Shown one piece after another: positions 1 through 13,120 of a DNA stretch of 64,000 nt. The notes under the pieces are model-generated. The model saw nothing but the letters and a program-made list of their open reading frames with translations, was not told the origin of the DNA and made no database searches. The position numbers were made by a program, and so were the translations under genes. Positions within the stretch are counted from its first letter, which is position 1, and every line of letters starts with the position of its first letter. Source of the DNA: Vitrella brassicaformis CCMP3155 (taxonomy: Eukaryota > Protista > Chromerida); the NCBI GenBank assembly GCA_001179505.1, contig CDMY01000603.1, positions 248,001-312,000 of the forward strand. Reading direction: 5' to 3'.

Positions 1-3000
1 AGCCGCCGCGCCAACACCGCGAGTGAGCACTACACGACTCTCTTCGATGTGCTGGCGCAGCTGAACGGCAGCAGCAGTAGCAGCGGTAGCGGCGCCCCGA
101 ATGATAGTCAAAAGGGTGGGAAGGGTGTAGGTGGTGGCGGTGCTGGTGGTGGTGGTGGTGGTGGCGAGTTGGGGGTGGACGCGGCGATGCAGGCGCTCAT
201 GCGGAAGTGGAAGCCGTATGACGGCATCAAGCCCATCAACGTGTCCGACGAGGGGCCGCTGCGGGAGTTTGCATTCATGCTGCTGAAGGCGTCTGAGAGC
301 ATACCGTACCCTGACCAGGTCAGTCACGCCACGCCACGCCACGCATGGTCCTCCCGCCCCCCTTCTCCACCCATTCATATGTATGCGTCTCTTGTGTGTG
401 TTGTCAGATAGCGATTCTTCTCAACGAGATGGCGGCCGACGCGGCGGCGCACCAGGTGCCCACGCCCCAGCAGCTGCCCGCCGACGAGAAGGAGAGGAAG
501 GAGATGATGTTCATGTCCGACCTCCGCCGCCTCCAGTGGTGCGCCCTTAAGGACCAGATGCTCCTCCTCATGCTGCTGCACGCACGGTGCCAGCCGGAGG
601 ACGCCGACCCACCGCGGCAGTGGTCGCAGCGCACCTACCTGCAGCACCGGGAGCTGGTCTGCACGCCCCTGGTGCACGCCTACCAGCAGGCCATGCAGCC
701 CAAGATCGAGGCCGCCGCCCAGATTTGGGCGAATGACTTCTGTGAGGGCGTGGCGCAGATCGACCGGATTCTGAGGGTCATGGGGCACGAGGCGGAGAGC
801 CTCGAGGCGATGCCGCTCAAGCGGAAGCTGCGGTGTCTCACGGGGTTCTTCCGCGACTGCGTCATCAACCCCGATTGGATGCCGCTGTGCGGGGACCTGC
901 ACTTCGACAGCAAGGAGGCCATCGATGAGATCGTCTTCATCGTCAAGGTCGTGCTGCTGACCGCTCTGCAGATGGACCTGGTGAGCGGACATGCATGCCG
1001 CCCCCGGACTGTCTGTCCCGCCTCCATGTGCCCTCTGTGTCTGTGTGTGTGTGTATGGCGTTGTCAGGATGGCACGGACGGTTCGTTCTTCCTGCCGAGC
1101 GCCATCCCCCGCCGCCCTTCCCTCGACGTCAAGGCGGCCATGCTCACACACGTGCCACCCGCACCCGAGGGCCAGCCAGGACCGTCGGGGAGCTCCTCGT
1201 CCTCGGCATCGGCATCGGCAGGCCCCTCCCCCGAAGGCGGCAGCAGCAGCAGCAGCAAGAGTGGCCTCACCGTGTCGATCCTCTTCCCTCACGCCGCGGC
1301 CCCCATAATGAAGGACTACCTCGACAGCAACCCGCCTCCATTCTTCCTCATTCTCGGGGGCATCCTCGCGACCCTCTTCGCCGTGCCCCGCAAGGGCAAC
1401 GAGGAGACCATCCGCAACGTCCTGCGTGAGGGGCTCAAGGGCATGCTCGACACCCAGATGACCGACTTCACCTCCGCCGCCATGGATGCTTCTCTCATCA
1501 CTCTGACCAAGCTGCTGTGGGAGCGGCTGGACGTGCCGAAGTCCGACCAGGCTTTGGCTCAGTCCCTGGTGCACGGTGAGTACCAGCTGCTGGCCCACAT
1601 GAAGGAGGGCGAGCGCACGGACGCCGACATCACCGCGGCCATGGACCGCATCATGTCGGTGTCGTGGAAGCCGTCCACTGGCGAGACGGAGGTGGAGAGG
1701 CGGCTGAATGAGCGGTTTGAGCAGACCAAAGGCGGCGTTGCGCCCGTTGACGTAGAGGAGATCGTCGAGCATGAGCTGACGGTGTTTTCGTCATTCGCTG
1801 AGGAGGTCAACAAGAACAAGGCCATCGCCGCACTGGCCGAGCGGGAGGGCCGCCAGCAGAAAGGCAAACCGATGCGCGAGAGGGAGGATGAGTTCTGCAG
1901 GTGAGTGTGTGTGTGTGTGTGTGTGACACACTGAGATAGATGCATCCCTCTCTCCGTATGTGCGCATCTCTCTGTGTGTGTGTGCAGCCGTCTGGTTCAC
2001 CTGGAGCAGCAGAGCATCAAGTCCGAGGTAGTTTTCGCCCTCTTTGCCCTCGCCAAGGCCCAGCCGCCCGACGCCACGCCAGCCCACCAGTGGTCCCCCG
2101 CCACCCACATGGCCAAGCGCACCATCGCCATGCAGCCCGTCTCAGAGGCCTACCATGCCGCCGTCGAGTCGCACCTGGTCCCCGCCACCAAAGACCTTAA
2201 CGCCACGCGCAAGACGGCCTACCTCGAGATGGTGGGGTGGACTGAGGCCGACATGCGCAAGAGAACCGAGGCCGAGAAGGAGGACGCGCTGGTGAGCTTC
2301 TTCCGCGACTGCCTCACCAATTGTGGTCAGGAGTGCAAGGACAAGCTGGACTTCAACACGCACACGCCGTGGGCGATTGTGACGTCGCTGCGGGCACTGC
2401 ACCATGACATACTCACCAAGGTACCTTCCTTGTGGGCTGGAGGGGCTGAGGAGTCATGTGCCTCATGTGTTGCCGCCGTGTGTGTGTGTGGCTGAAAGGT
2501 CAATGCGACGAGCGAGTACTGCTTCCAGCACTCTGACCCAGCAGACGACCAGGGCTACCAAGTAAAGGCGGACACAGACAGACAGACAGACACCTTTTGT
2601 CCACACGTCACCACACCATATATATGTCTCTGTCTGCGTGTCTGTGCAGCGCATCAAGACGTTGTTAGGTTTCCAGGACGACAACCGCCACGTGCGCACT
2701 TACAGGGTTAAGGAGCATCTTGTCACCGTCAAGGGCAGGCTGCTTGAGCGGCTCGAGCACCAAGCGGCCAACTTCGCCTCTCCCGACGCCAACGTCAACG
2801 ACAAGAAGCTCGAGGCGCTCAAGCGCAAGATCATCAAATACAAAGCCGAGCTCCACACCCTCATCAAGGACAGAGGTTCGTCCGTCGCGTGACTCACCCA
2901 CACCCTCCCTCCCTCAGGCCAACCTTGGTGTGTCTGTGCGCATGGATGTCTGCAGATGCGGCAGCGAAGCGGTTGAGCGGCGAGGCAGCGTCCGACGAGG

Positions 3001-3599
3001 ATCTTCTCGACCATGCCCGCGCGAACGACCCTCGCCGCAAAGGGTTGGTCGAGCGCATGCGGGACAAGCACGAGCGCAACACGCGGCGCCGCGAGCGTCA
3101 GCAGCGGCGGCAGGAACGGCCTGTCGACCCCGACAAGGAGCGGCAGATTCAGGAGCGGCGCCTGGCTGAGGAGGCCAAGGCGCGGAAGGCCGAGAAGGAG
3201 CTGCTGCGGATGATCGGCGAGCACGTCAGCGACACTGACAATGACATTGACCAGCCTCAGGGGGCAGGACCAGCAGCAGCAGCGGCAGCGGCAGCAGCTG
3301 GCAAGTCGAAGAAGCGCAACAAGCGAAAGGGCGGCGGCAAGGCGGGAGGGGCCTCAGCCGCTGACGCCGATGGCGATGGTGTCGATGCTGCCGATGTCGC
3401 TGATGTCGCTGATGCCGGTGATAGTGGTCAGCCGCCATCCAGCAGCAGCGAGCCGTCGGCCGCACCACCGGTGTCACGCACTGCTGCTGCTGTAGCTGAT
3501 GGCCTGGCTGACATGGTGGTGATCCCATCGTCCATCATTGACGTGATGCCACCAGCATCGCGCGGGCGGCCGGTGATTGACATACACGGCATCGACTAG
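1..3599 (+). CDS. Large multi-exon hypothetical protein, 5' end outside the window; helical body with a C-terminal coiled-coil and a Lys/Ala/Asp-rich low-complexity tail
   Basis: Phase-consistent exons 1-318, 408-980, 1068-1900, 1988-2420, 2499-2561, 2650-2875, 2956-3599 (TAG) separated by GT-AG introns with (GT)n tracts. No recognisable family motif. Confidence 0.7.
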
Positions 3600-4136
3600 A
3601 TGATTGAGTAAGAGAGGGAGGGAGGGAGGGGGGTATAGGGGAGGGGCAACACGCCACGCAGTCTTGCTTGGTTGCTTGCTTGGTGGCTAAGGTCCAGGTC
3701 CGTGTGGTTGCTGCTGCGCGTGTGATGTGTGGGGCGTGCCACATGTGGGTGAGAGAGGTCTAGTGAATTGCATGTCGGTAGAGAGAGGTCTAAGGAAGGC
3801 TTTTTGTTGTCAACCCATTTGATCGATGCGTGTGATGCGCGACGAAGGCAGAGGTGTCCTGCTTAACTTGAGAGACCGTCACGTGAACATGTGGAAGCGA
3901 TTGAGCCTCATCTTTTACTTACGAGCGGCGGACACACACGAGTGACAGAGTCACATGTCATGCTTCAAAAGTCATGCACGCACAATCCAGGCAGGGCGAC
4001 AGACAAGAGTCAGCCGTCCAGTGGGTGAATCATGCAAAGCACTGAAAGGCCGCTCGCGCCGCCCATAACACACCAGGCCACTCCATCCACCATCCACACC
4101 CACCTTCCCAGCCCATGACGCCCACCCTCACACACA

Positions 4137-5019
4137 TCACTTCTTCTTGGTCGCCACGCCGACGGTCTTGCCGTGCCGGCCGGTCGTCTTGGTGTGCTGG
4201 CCACGCACAGGGATACCCCAGTAGTGACGGAGACCTGTGACACGCAACCACGCACACACACACACACACACGCCAGAATGCAGCCGCTGAACGAGAGAGG
4301 GGGGATTGACTTGCTGTGCTGACGGACCTCGGTGGAGCCTCATTTTCTTCATTCTCTCGAGGTCGTCGCGGAGAGATGCGTCGAGCTGGTTGGAGACGAG
4401 CTGCTTGAAAGTGCCGTCCTTGATGTCCCTCTGTCTGTTGAGGAACCACTTGGGGATCTTGAACTCCAGGGGGTTCTGCAGGATCATCACGATCCTGTTG
4501 ATCTCCTCAGCGGACAACTCACCAGCACTGATGGGATGGTGGGAAAGACACAGCATAGATAGCACACAGATGAGATGTGCGCGTGCGGCCCTCTCCCTCC
4601 CTCTCTCCCTCTGCCTGTCTGTCGTCTTGCGTTGCGTGTGTCGACATCCGTACCGTTTGTTGAGGTCGATGTCGGCCTTCTTGCAGGCGAGGTTGGAGAT
4701 GCGGCGCCCGACGCCACGGATGGCCGTCACGGCGAACTGCACCTTCTGCTTGCCATCCACGTTCGTGTTGAGCACACGCAAAATGTGCTGGAAGTCCTGA
4801 TTCGCCAACTGAATCGACTGAGGAACAGACAACACACAAGCACACACAGACACGGCACGTGAGTGTCGTACGTACGGCTGTGAGAGGCCTCCCCGCATCG
4901 TGAACACCCTCCACCGAGGCGAACACAGCCAGCGGTGGAGATCTCTGACTGAAGTTGCCTTCCTTCCTGGCTACTGTACGTGTCATGGCGTGGCCTCTCT
5001 GCCGTGTGTTTCCTACCAT
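4137..5019 (-). CDS. RPS18: 40S ribosomal protein S18 (uS13)
   Basis: Exons 5019-5017 (ATG only, followed by GTAGGA), 4817-4654, 4527-4328, 4234-4137 splice in frame. Hallmark peptides: [71 protein letters not shown]. Confidence 0.97.
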
Positions 5020-5948
5020 CGTGCACACGTTTCCCCTCCTCAGTTGCGAGCTATTTCGCGACGACGAGAAAAAGCTCGCACGAAGAGACGAGAACCACGA
5101 CAAAGAGAAAAAAACTGGTGTCCTTCTTTTCCTGCTTACACCGTCACCTGCTATATTTTCTGTAGGTGCACTACCCTATGTACGCTCGCCCCTCGTCCAG
5201 CACCTATCCTGTGTCGGCGCTCTCTCTCCGAGGATTGTATCAAGTAGGTGCGCCCTGACCGCCGTGTGCGCATATTCGTGTACTCTCCAAAATCGCAGCG
5301 AATGAATGCGGGCCAATGCAGCACCCAGGGAGCAGACACCCACGCACACCCACGCACATCAACACAATTGACCACACCTTGTCTCTTGTCCAGGTATCGA
5401 GAGGGCGATTGACAAGGTAGGCACATGCACACAGCCAACCATCAGGAAGACAGACAGCATCAACATTCCCTCTGCATATATTGCTTTTGCCTCTGCAAGC
5501 AATCTTCCATACCCGAACATGCCCTCAGGATCAGCGAAGCAATCCAGAGGGACTGCACCAAAGAGAAACTCGACAACAAGCTGATGTACGTGTACACCTG
5601 TTCGGCAATATTTCCTGCCTGCTCTGCAGGAAGTCGAAGACTTCACGAAGCTGGACACTGAAAAGCTGTGCAAAGTCCTCAAGCCGAAGCTGACAAAAGC
5701 CTGCTGCGGTAAATCACGGCACTGCTTTATGCACATGCATACACTCACACTTCGACCGTTCATGCAGCGATCCTAGTGCCGTTGGTTCCAATCCAGAAGT
5801 ACGAAGGCTTCGTCCTTTGTCTTTTCTCAAGCGCCTGAATATCAGCGAGTAGGATGCATGGTGTGTGAATTCTCGTGTATCTGATGCGTGTGGTTGTCAG
5901 ATCCGCGAGGCCAAAGCGAGAATGCTCGGCCACTTTCTCTCCTTGGTG

Positions 5949-6003
<55 letters not shown>

Positions 6004-6300
6004 GTGTTGTGCTCAGGTCTACGTTGAGATGGATGAGGAGCTCCGCCAGATTGACGACGACTTCGACAAGGTGGAGCACTCATATGATATGCACTCAGGA
6101 CATACCTGTCTTTATCTGTCTTTGTCTGTCTTTGTCACCTTCTCGCCCCCCACCCCACGGTGCCCACCCCACACTCCATCCGCTGCAGGTGGATCGCCAC
6201 TGTGGGAGGCCCGTCCAGCCGACCCCTCCTACTGCGGCACCCGTTACGGCACCACCGGCCCACCTCAGCGAAGAGACGCCGCTCACTGGAACGCTGAGGT
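4985..6300 (+). CDS. Hypothetical multi-exon protein, divergent from RPS18; start and end uncertain
   Basis: Short non-repetitive segments bounded by AG/GT (e.g. IREAKARMLGHFLSL, VYVEMDEELRQIDDDFDK, EVEDFTKLDTEKLCKVLKPKL) between microsatellite introns. Full phase not resolved. Confidence 0.4.
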
Positions 6301-6405
6301 GAGCAACCAGCCACGAGGCACGCCTGAGGTGTGGGTGGCTCTACCACTTGTAGTGTTAGTTCCTTTCGACGTTTGTTTCATTTCAACGAGAGCTCAACTC
6401 TAGCC

Positions 6406-9250
6406 ATGGCCACATTGAGTGGACAGGCGAGCGGCAGCAACGGCAATGCGAGTGCAGCAGGAGCACCCACCACCACCACCGAAGGTGCGCGAACGCCCGA
6501 TGCACAAGAGAAAGAGTCGGGGTGGCAGGCAGTGAGAAGGAGGCAGTTGCATTTGCACGGAAGAGAGAGCAAAGGACACCACAGCAGCCTTGCGAGTCGG
6601 CTGCAAAGATGGATGGTTCTCTCCATCGGTAACTTCTGTCTATGCGTATCTATCGGTCTGCTGTGCTGTCTGTCTGTGTCTGTGCAGGCCAGTCAGCGGC
6701 TGCGGCTGCGGCACCCGCACCCAGCAGCAACGGGCACGACGTCAAGACTTTGGCTCACACTGCTTCAGCGGGCCAAGCGGGACCGGAAGTACTCCCTCGC
6801 GACAGCCGTCCTCAAGACGGGCGACCCTCCCCTGCAGACGGCCGTTTTCCACGAGCTCGTCAACTACGTGCGCGACCCTCGGACGGCTCTACGGCCCGAG
6901 GTCACCGTTGAGATGACCTTTGCACTGAGGTGCCTCCAACTCGACTACGAGCGCTTCAGGCCCACCTTTGAGGCAACCGGTGAGAACCCTCTCGCTCAGC
7001 CGGTCAAGGCAGCGATCGCAGCGGTCTGGAAGGACGGGGAGTGACGGGGAGGGTGAGGGTGGGGGAGGAGGCTGACGTGGACGTGGATCTGGACGAGTTG
7101 ACCGATACGGCCTTGAACCAGATGGTACGCACCGCACGGACACAAGCGAAATGACTGACACATTACATACATTGGCAGGCTTGCCTGGACGTTGTGTTGT
7201 GTGTTTTCCCTCATCTAATCTGTGTGGCATCCATCCATCCATCAGGCGCGTGTGTTGGCCACGCTGACGGACCCTTCAGCGGACATGGCCCTTGTTCGTC
7301 GGGTTTTGCACGAGATGATGTGGCGTGGTGTGGACCCCGATTCACACGCTGTCCAGGCCATCGGGCAGCTGTGCGTGGCGAGTGAAGATCGCAGCACCAC
7401 TGAGATACTGGCCCGTCACATCGCCTACTGCCAGAAGCTCAACACCATATCGCTGACGGCCATGAACGCTCTCCCGACGGCCATCGCGGTAGAGCTGCTC
7501 GTCGAAGAGGTCAACAAGCTCCATAAGGAGATCCGCTACCACATGGGGGTGTCTCGTGAGATCACACACAGAAAGAAGGCGCTGAATCGCGGTAAGTGGG
7601 GGAGCGCAAGTGAATCGCTGGAACGTATAGCTCTGTGTCTCCATCCCTTCAGGCATTGCTGCCTCCATTTTATATTCGTCGGGCTGTTTATATCCATCTC
7701 TTTGCGCGTCAAAGCTGCCCAACACGACGAAAGACGTGGGAGACACAGACAGGATCGGCTGTTTACCAGGCGGGAGATTGCTGACGTGGACCTAAAGCAG
7801 CTGCGCAATTCATCAATAAATGAGCTGGTACATGCATGTGCGAGAGACACGATGAACGGATTAGCGAGGTTATCACATGTTAGTGTGTCTCTCTGTCTGT
7901 ATGCCTGTGCGCCATCCATCAGGCGCGAGTGTTGGCCACGCTGAAGGACCCCTCTCAGCGGACTATTTGCCCCGACACTGACAGTGAGAAGAGCGACGTC
8001 AGTGGTGGGCAGGAGGAGGGCGAAGATGAGATCGAGGAGGGCGAGATAGCTGATGACGGCGAGGGGGAGGGTGGGGACGAGGGGCCCGAGGGCGATGGTG
8101 GTGCCGAGGACGGTCGAGGCAATCCAGGTGTGGGCATGGTGCCTGATGAAGGCGGTGTCTCTACTGAGATGGTCTATCAGAACCACCCTGGTAAGTGGGC
8201 CGTCAAGAACAAGGAATATATGTGCACAGATGGTTGGGGATTGGCTCTTGCTTGATGCCTCTTTGGCTGTGGATGTGTGTGTGTGTGTAGATTGGTTGGA
8301 CGACTTTGCCGAGATAGCCTTGCACGTGGACGGCGTGTCGAGTGGTCGCGGCCGCATCATGCTGCCCAGAGACCTGCAGGGGCCGGCCACAGTGCAGTGA
8401 CGGACCTGCCACCGTATCAAGGTCAGCCAGCGAGGGAAGGACACACAACCGGACAAGACATCTGAGTGTCGTGTGCATGTGTGTTGTGTGGTGCAGGCGA
8501 GTTGCGGTCAGAAATATTCTACTGGGGGGAATTCGGAATGCAGCTCTCACTGGTCGGCCAAGCCACCACACCACATCACCGACACACACAGACGCTGTAT
8601 GTGTGTGTGTATGTGCGGGAGAGAGCCGTCGAAGAGTCGCATATTGGCGCCTACCTGCTGTTTTCGGGCAACCTGGGCAAGCTGGTCGCCCCATCAGTGC
8701 ACTCTTGCTTCTTGCTGGAGCTCAGCGTCATGGCCAATGACGCCCCAGGCAACACACGCATACTCCAGGTGCGCCAGTCACTGAGTCAGTGAGGGGCATA
8801 TGTGCGAGCAGCCGACCGGTCATTCGTTGGCTGCCGTTGCTGTGTGTGCAGACGTGCGACCTGCAAGATACGGACATCAAGAAGAGCGTGCGAATGAGAA
8901 ACCACGGAAGGAGCCACACACACACGTCTGTTTGTCTGTCTGTTTGTCTGTCTGTTTGTCTGTCTGTCAATGATCAGGGGGAGCGGCAAGGGCTGGGGCC
9001 GCCTCCTGACGACCGACTACGTGACGAGTGCGATGCAGGAGGCCAACTCGAGAATCTGCCTCTCCGAACCATATACGCCCTCGTGACATACTCACAGCCA
9101 CACCACATCGATGTCTCTGTCGTTGTCTGCTGCACATCAGTCCCCAGCTTGAGCCAGCGGGAGCTGATCACCCCGGTGCGAAGGTCGACCCCAGCAGCAC
9201 TCGCTTGGATGCCTGAACCAGACCCCACCCACATACCCACCAGTACCAGG
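6406..9250 (+). pseudogene. Degenerate copy A of a locally repeated, kinase-associated gene family
   Basis: Good ATG at 6406 and long coding-like exons, but an in-frame TGA at 7042-7044 with the acidic continuation (EEADVDVDLDELTD) in another frame. An exon start is duplicated (7240-7290 vs 7915-7960, second copy with an indel). Modules are shared with 9746-11620. Confidence 0.45.
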
Positions 9251-11055
9251 TGAGGGAGATCAAATCAGCACACATACACCCGCCCATTCGCATATGGGGG
9301 TGTGCGTCTGTGTGATGGATGTATCAGCACTGGCAGCACTTCTGCCGCCGCCGCAGCATCCCCCTCACTCACAGACCCCATGCACACCAACGGCGCATCG
9401 AGTAGTGGTGCAGCAGCAGACGGGGGAGGGTGGCGGTTGGGCGGCAGTGTGGTGGGCGGAGTGCGGTTCGAGACCATTGAGGAGGGTGATGAGGAGGATG
9501 CCTAGACGCCATCCATGTGCGGTGTGGTGCGTGTGTTGAGACTGGTTGGCTGTGGTTTGAGACTGGTTGGCTGTGGTTAGGTGTTGGTGGCAATGGGTGG
9601 TATGGTCGTTGTTCACAGAGAGATAGATAGGCGATCGGCAAGCGAGAGGTAGGCGCCAATCGAGATACGGCTAGTTGTGTCCTTTCCTTTCCTGTTTTGC
9701 GTCTCCGTGCCTCTCTGTCTAGGTATCCAACAGGCACAGAGACGCATGACAAGCTGCACAAGTAGGTGGAGCGCGGCAAACAGAAGGAGAAGGCCAAGAG
9801 ACAGTGACTGCCGTCGGAGCACAACGCCCTCAAGGTCATCAGATACATCAAAAGCGGCAGCGGGCCCCAGCGCGAGTGACCAGCTGCTGATGAGCAAGGC
9901 CATGGTCGCCATTAACACGCAGCTGCCCCGTAAGGACAGAAAGACCAAATTCAGCGAGACACTGGACCATTTGGTGCGTGAGGATATTGCTGCAAGTGGG
10001 CGCCCCAGCTTTGGCCTGAATTTTGTGTATCTCTCTTCAGCCATTGCTGCCTCCATTTTATATTCGTCAAGCTGCTTATATCCATCGCTTTGTGCGCCGA
10101 GTTCCACATCGGAAGGAGAAGCGTCCCTGAAGGGCTGTTGTATGGGCGCCCCGGCTTATAAAACACCTACACGATCACAAAGTGGGGAAGGCGGAAATAG
10201 AGAGAGGCAGAGACTGCAGGGAGAGACAGGGAGGCGGCCTTGGAACAAAGCATGTTTACCTGTTGGTTGTCTTCGTGCAGGTGGTCCACCGTGACATGAA
10301 GGGAGACAATTTGATGTTCGCAGCGGATGGCACTCTCAAGCTTTTTGATTTCGACTTCTGTTTTTTCATGGATGTCGAGGGCCACCCACATCGCAGACAA
10401 GACATTCTTCCGGGAACAAGAAGATATGCAATGGTGCACGTAGACGCTGTATATGTGTGTGTGTGCAGGAGAAATCCATCGACGAGGCGCATCTTGGCGC
10501 TTACCCGATGTTTTCGGAGACCACGGGCTGCCGTTGCTGTGTGTGCAGACATGCGACATGGGGGAGGTGGACATCAAAAAGTGCGTGCGAAAGAAACCAC
10601 GGAAGGAGCCACACACACACGTCTGTCTGTCTGTCTGTCTGTCAATGATCAGTGGGATCGCCTCCTGACGACCGACCGTGTGACGAGTGCGATGCAGGAG
10701 GCCAACTCGAGAATCTGCGTAACCACAATGATCTACGCCCTCGGAGGTACGTACGTACGTATGACATACTCACAGCCACACCACATTGGTGTCTCTGTCG
10801 TTGTCTGCTGCACATTAGTCCCCAGCTTGAGCCAGCGGGAGCTGATGACCCCGGTGCGAAGGTCGACCCCAGCAGCACTCGCATGGATGCCTCAACCAGA
10901 CACCAACCACATACCCACCAGTACCAGGTGAGGGAGACGAACACACACACACACACACACGCAGACATGCACCCACCAATCCACGTGCGTGTGTGATGTG
11001 TGTGATGCATCAGCAGCAGCTCTGCGGCCGCCGCCGCAACATCCGCCTCATCCCC
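8850..11055 (+). repeat. Direct repeat pair of ~500 bp: 8850-9360 and 10540-11055
   Basis: Near-identical exon and intron sequence, e.g. CGTGACGAGTGCGATGCAGGAGGCCAACTCGAGAATCTGC and GTCCCCAGCTTGAGCCAGCGGGAGCTGAT..CCCGGTGCGAAGGTCGACCCCAGCAGCACTCGC in both copies. Confidence 0.9.
9746..11055 (+). pseudogene. Degenerate copy B containing a protein-kinase catalytic-loop exon
   Basis: Exon ~10280-10433 reads VVHRDMKGDNLMFAADGTLKLFDFDFC..PGTRRYA (HRD-K-N, DFD and GT-x-x-Y motifs), but no Gly-loop or VAIK exon was found. EKSIDEAHLGAY (frame from 10469) and LPLLCVQTCD (frame from 10528) are out of frame with no intron between them. Confidence 0.5.
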
Positions 11056-11189
11056 AGACACCTTGTACACAAACGGCACATTGAGCAGTGGCCCAGCACC
11101 AGATGAGGGCACTGGACATACACGATCTTTCCCGCACTCCATTCTTCCCGCCCAGGGCCAGCTACAGATCGCCCATCTGTCTGTGTATC

Positions 11190-11620
11190 TCTCTTCAGCC
11201 ATTGCTGCAGCGCTGCCTCCATTTTATATTCGTCAAGCTGCTTATCTCGCGAGACCCGGCACTCCCATTGCGCAAAAGGCATGGAGAGATGGATGAGGGT
11301 GCAGTTGCAGTTGCAGCTTGACAAGAAGCACACCACGAATGCCGACTCAAAACACGTGGGTCAACGCGATTTGTCTGTATCTGAGTGTACAGTATATATG
11401 TGTTTCCCCAGGTATGCGCATGATGCTGCCTTCACGGACCTGACACCATACAGAGGTGAGTCAGGGAGGGAGGAGGGAGGAAACTGAGTGTCGTGCGTAT
11501 GTGTTTGTGTATTGTGTGGTGCAGGCGAGTTGCGCTCGGAGACATTCTACTGGGGCGAGTTCGGCATGCAACTCTCACTGGTCAGCCAAGCCACCACACG
11601 GCATCACCGACACACGCAGA
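11190..11620 (+). repeat. Third partial copy (C) of modules from the 6.4-11.6 kb cluster
   Basis: CCATTGCTGC..CCTCCATTTTATATTCGTC at ~11200 matches ~7655 and ~10040; 11435-11620 matches 8400-8590 (GGCGAGTTGCG..TTCTACTGGGG..CTCTCACTGGTC). Confidence 0.75.
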
Positions 11621-13120
11621 CAAGGGTGGGGTGGGGGTGGGGTGCAAGGGGACCGTGATGTAAGCACTCAAGGTGCGTGTGGACGGACTGTCCATTGCAG
11701 CCATGTATACAAGCATATAGCTTCCCTCATGAGCTCCGACTGACTGACTGCAAACGCTCAACGTCGCCAACTTGCACACGCACCAATGCAATGGAGCATC
11801 CGCGCGTGCATCCACTAGATAAAATGTCAGAACGCCCTCAAGATCTTGAGTCTTGACTGCCTCGACAGACAGAGACACGCCAGAACCGTCCAACCAACCG
11901 ACCACTTCGCAGGCAGGCATCGAGAGACAAAGGGAGCGAGCAGGCGAGCGACAACACACACGAGAAGTGGAAAGAAGAGAAGAGAAGAGAAGTTCAGCCA
12001 GCCACACACCCAGCCACCCAGTCAGAGCCGACATGCAGCGCAGCCACGCACTTACGCTTCCTTACGCACGCACTTACGCATCCCCGCCCCCACCCTGGCT
12101 CCCGAATGCACTCACCCACCCAGTCATCATCATCACCCAATACAACAAAATACATATCGATATGTCAATTGGACAGCCTCACACGTCAGTCAACTGTTGA
12201 GGGTCCTAGCAGCTTGCTGCGCGCGACGGCGGCAGCATATCGCGTGCAAGGAAGGGACGAAAAACAGCAGGGGCGGGGAGGGGGCTGGTTGGTTATGCAT
12301 GATGTTGCCCGCACGCAGGCAGGGATGCAGGGATACAGACACACCAGCAAGGCGGGCGGGTGTGAATATAAAATCCAGCTGCAGGCAGGAACGAAAAACG
12401 ATACTCTGTCTGTCTGTCTGTCTTTTCTTTTGTGAGTTCTCGTGCGCCGCCGTTGGCACACGGAGGGGAGGGGGGGAGGGAGGAGGAACACTACACACAC
12501 AAGTTGGCCTGATGAGGACGTGCGCGCAGGCACAGACACAAAAGGGCCTCCCTCGGATAAAAGAGAGCCTCTCCCAGGCGCAGCAAGGGCCGGCCGCAAA
12601 GAGCGGTCAATCGGCCGTCAGAGGATAGAATGCTCTCTGCTCACACACTCAGACACACACGTACGTGCGCACGCACCCACAAGGCCGCGCTAATTCGTGA
12701 GTGAGGGAGAGGGGTCTGCCCGCTCAGTTAGTTGTCCGTCCACACACAGCTACTACCAATCCACCCAGACGCGCACACACGACACACGGCACACAGCACC
12801 CCCAGTCTCCCTCTCTCTTGCACACACAAACAGCACCTCACAGGCAGCTAGCCATTCGGCTCATGGCACTCAGTCAGACAGCCAGACTTCCAACATTGGA
12901 CACGAAAAAGACCGAATCAGTAACTGGATGGATGGATGGATGGATGGTGGGCGGGAGGGAGGGAGGGAGGGAGGGAGGGGGGAAGGAAAAGACACACACG
13001 CAAAACCTCCCCGCCCGCCGGCCCTCCGCCGAAAAGTGAATTGACTTACAAGACAGACTTACACTCGTACCGTACAAACGAACAAAGATCAATCACTCAT
13101 ATTCTATGCGCGTCGCTCAC

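Noticed and set aside
4897-4910. MFTMRGG start suggested by the ORF track for RPS18
   Set aside because: It reads through intron sequence. ATG at 5019-5017 followed by GTAGGA gives the expected phase 0 and a normal M-S-I-Q N-terminus.
7042-7056. In-frame TGA after KDGE as possible selenocysteine or readthrough
   Set aside because: A second TGA follows four codons later, the coding-like continuation is in another frame, and no SECIS was seen; decay or frameshift is more likely.
9530-9580. Short tandem GAGACTGGTTGGCTGTGGTT repeat as a possible CRISPR-like array
   Set aside because: Only two adjacent copies, no unique spacers, eukaryotic context and no cas genes.
11750-13120. ORFs of 100-260 aa in the intergenic region
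   Set aside because: Low-complexity composition, no splice-supported exon chain and no family motifs.
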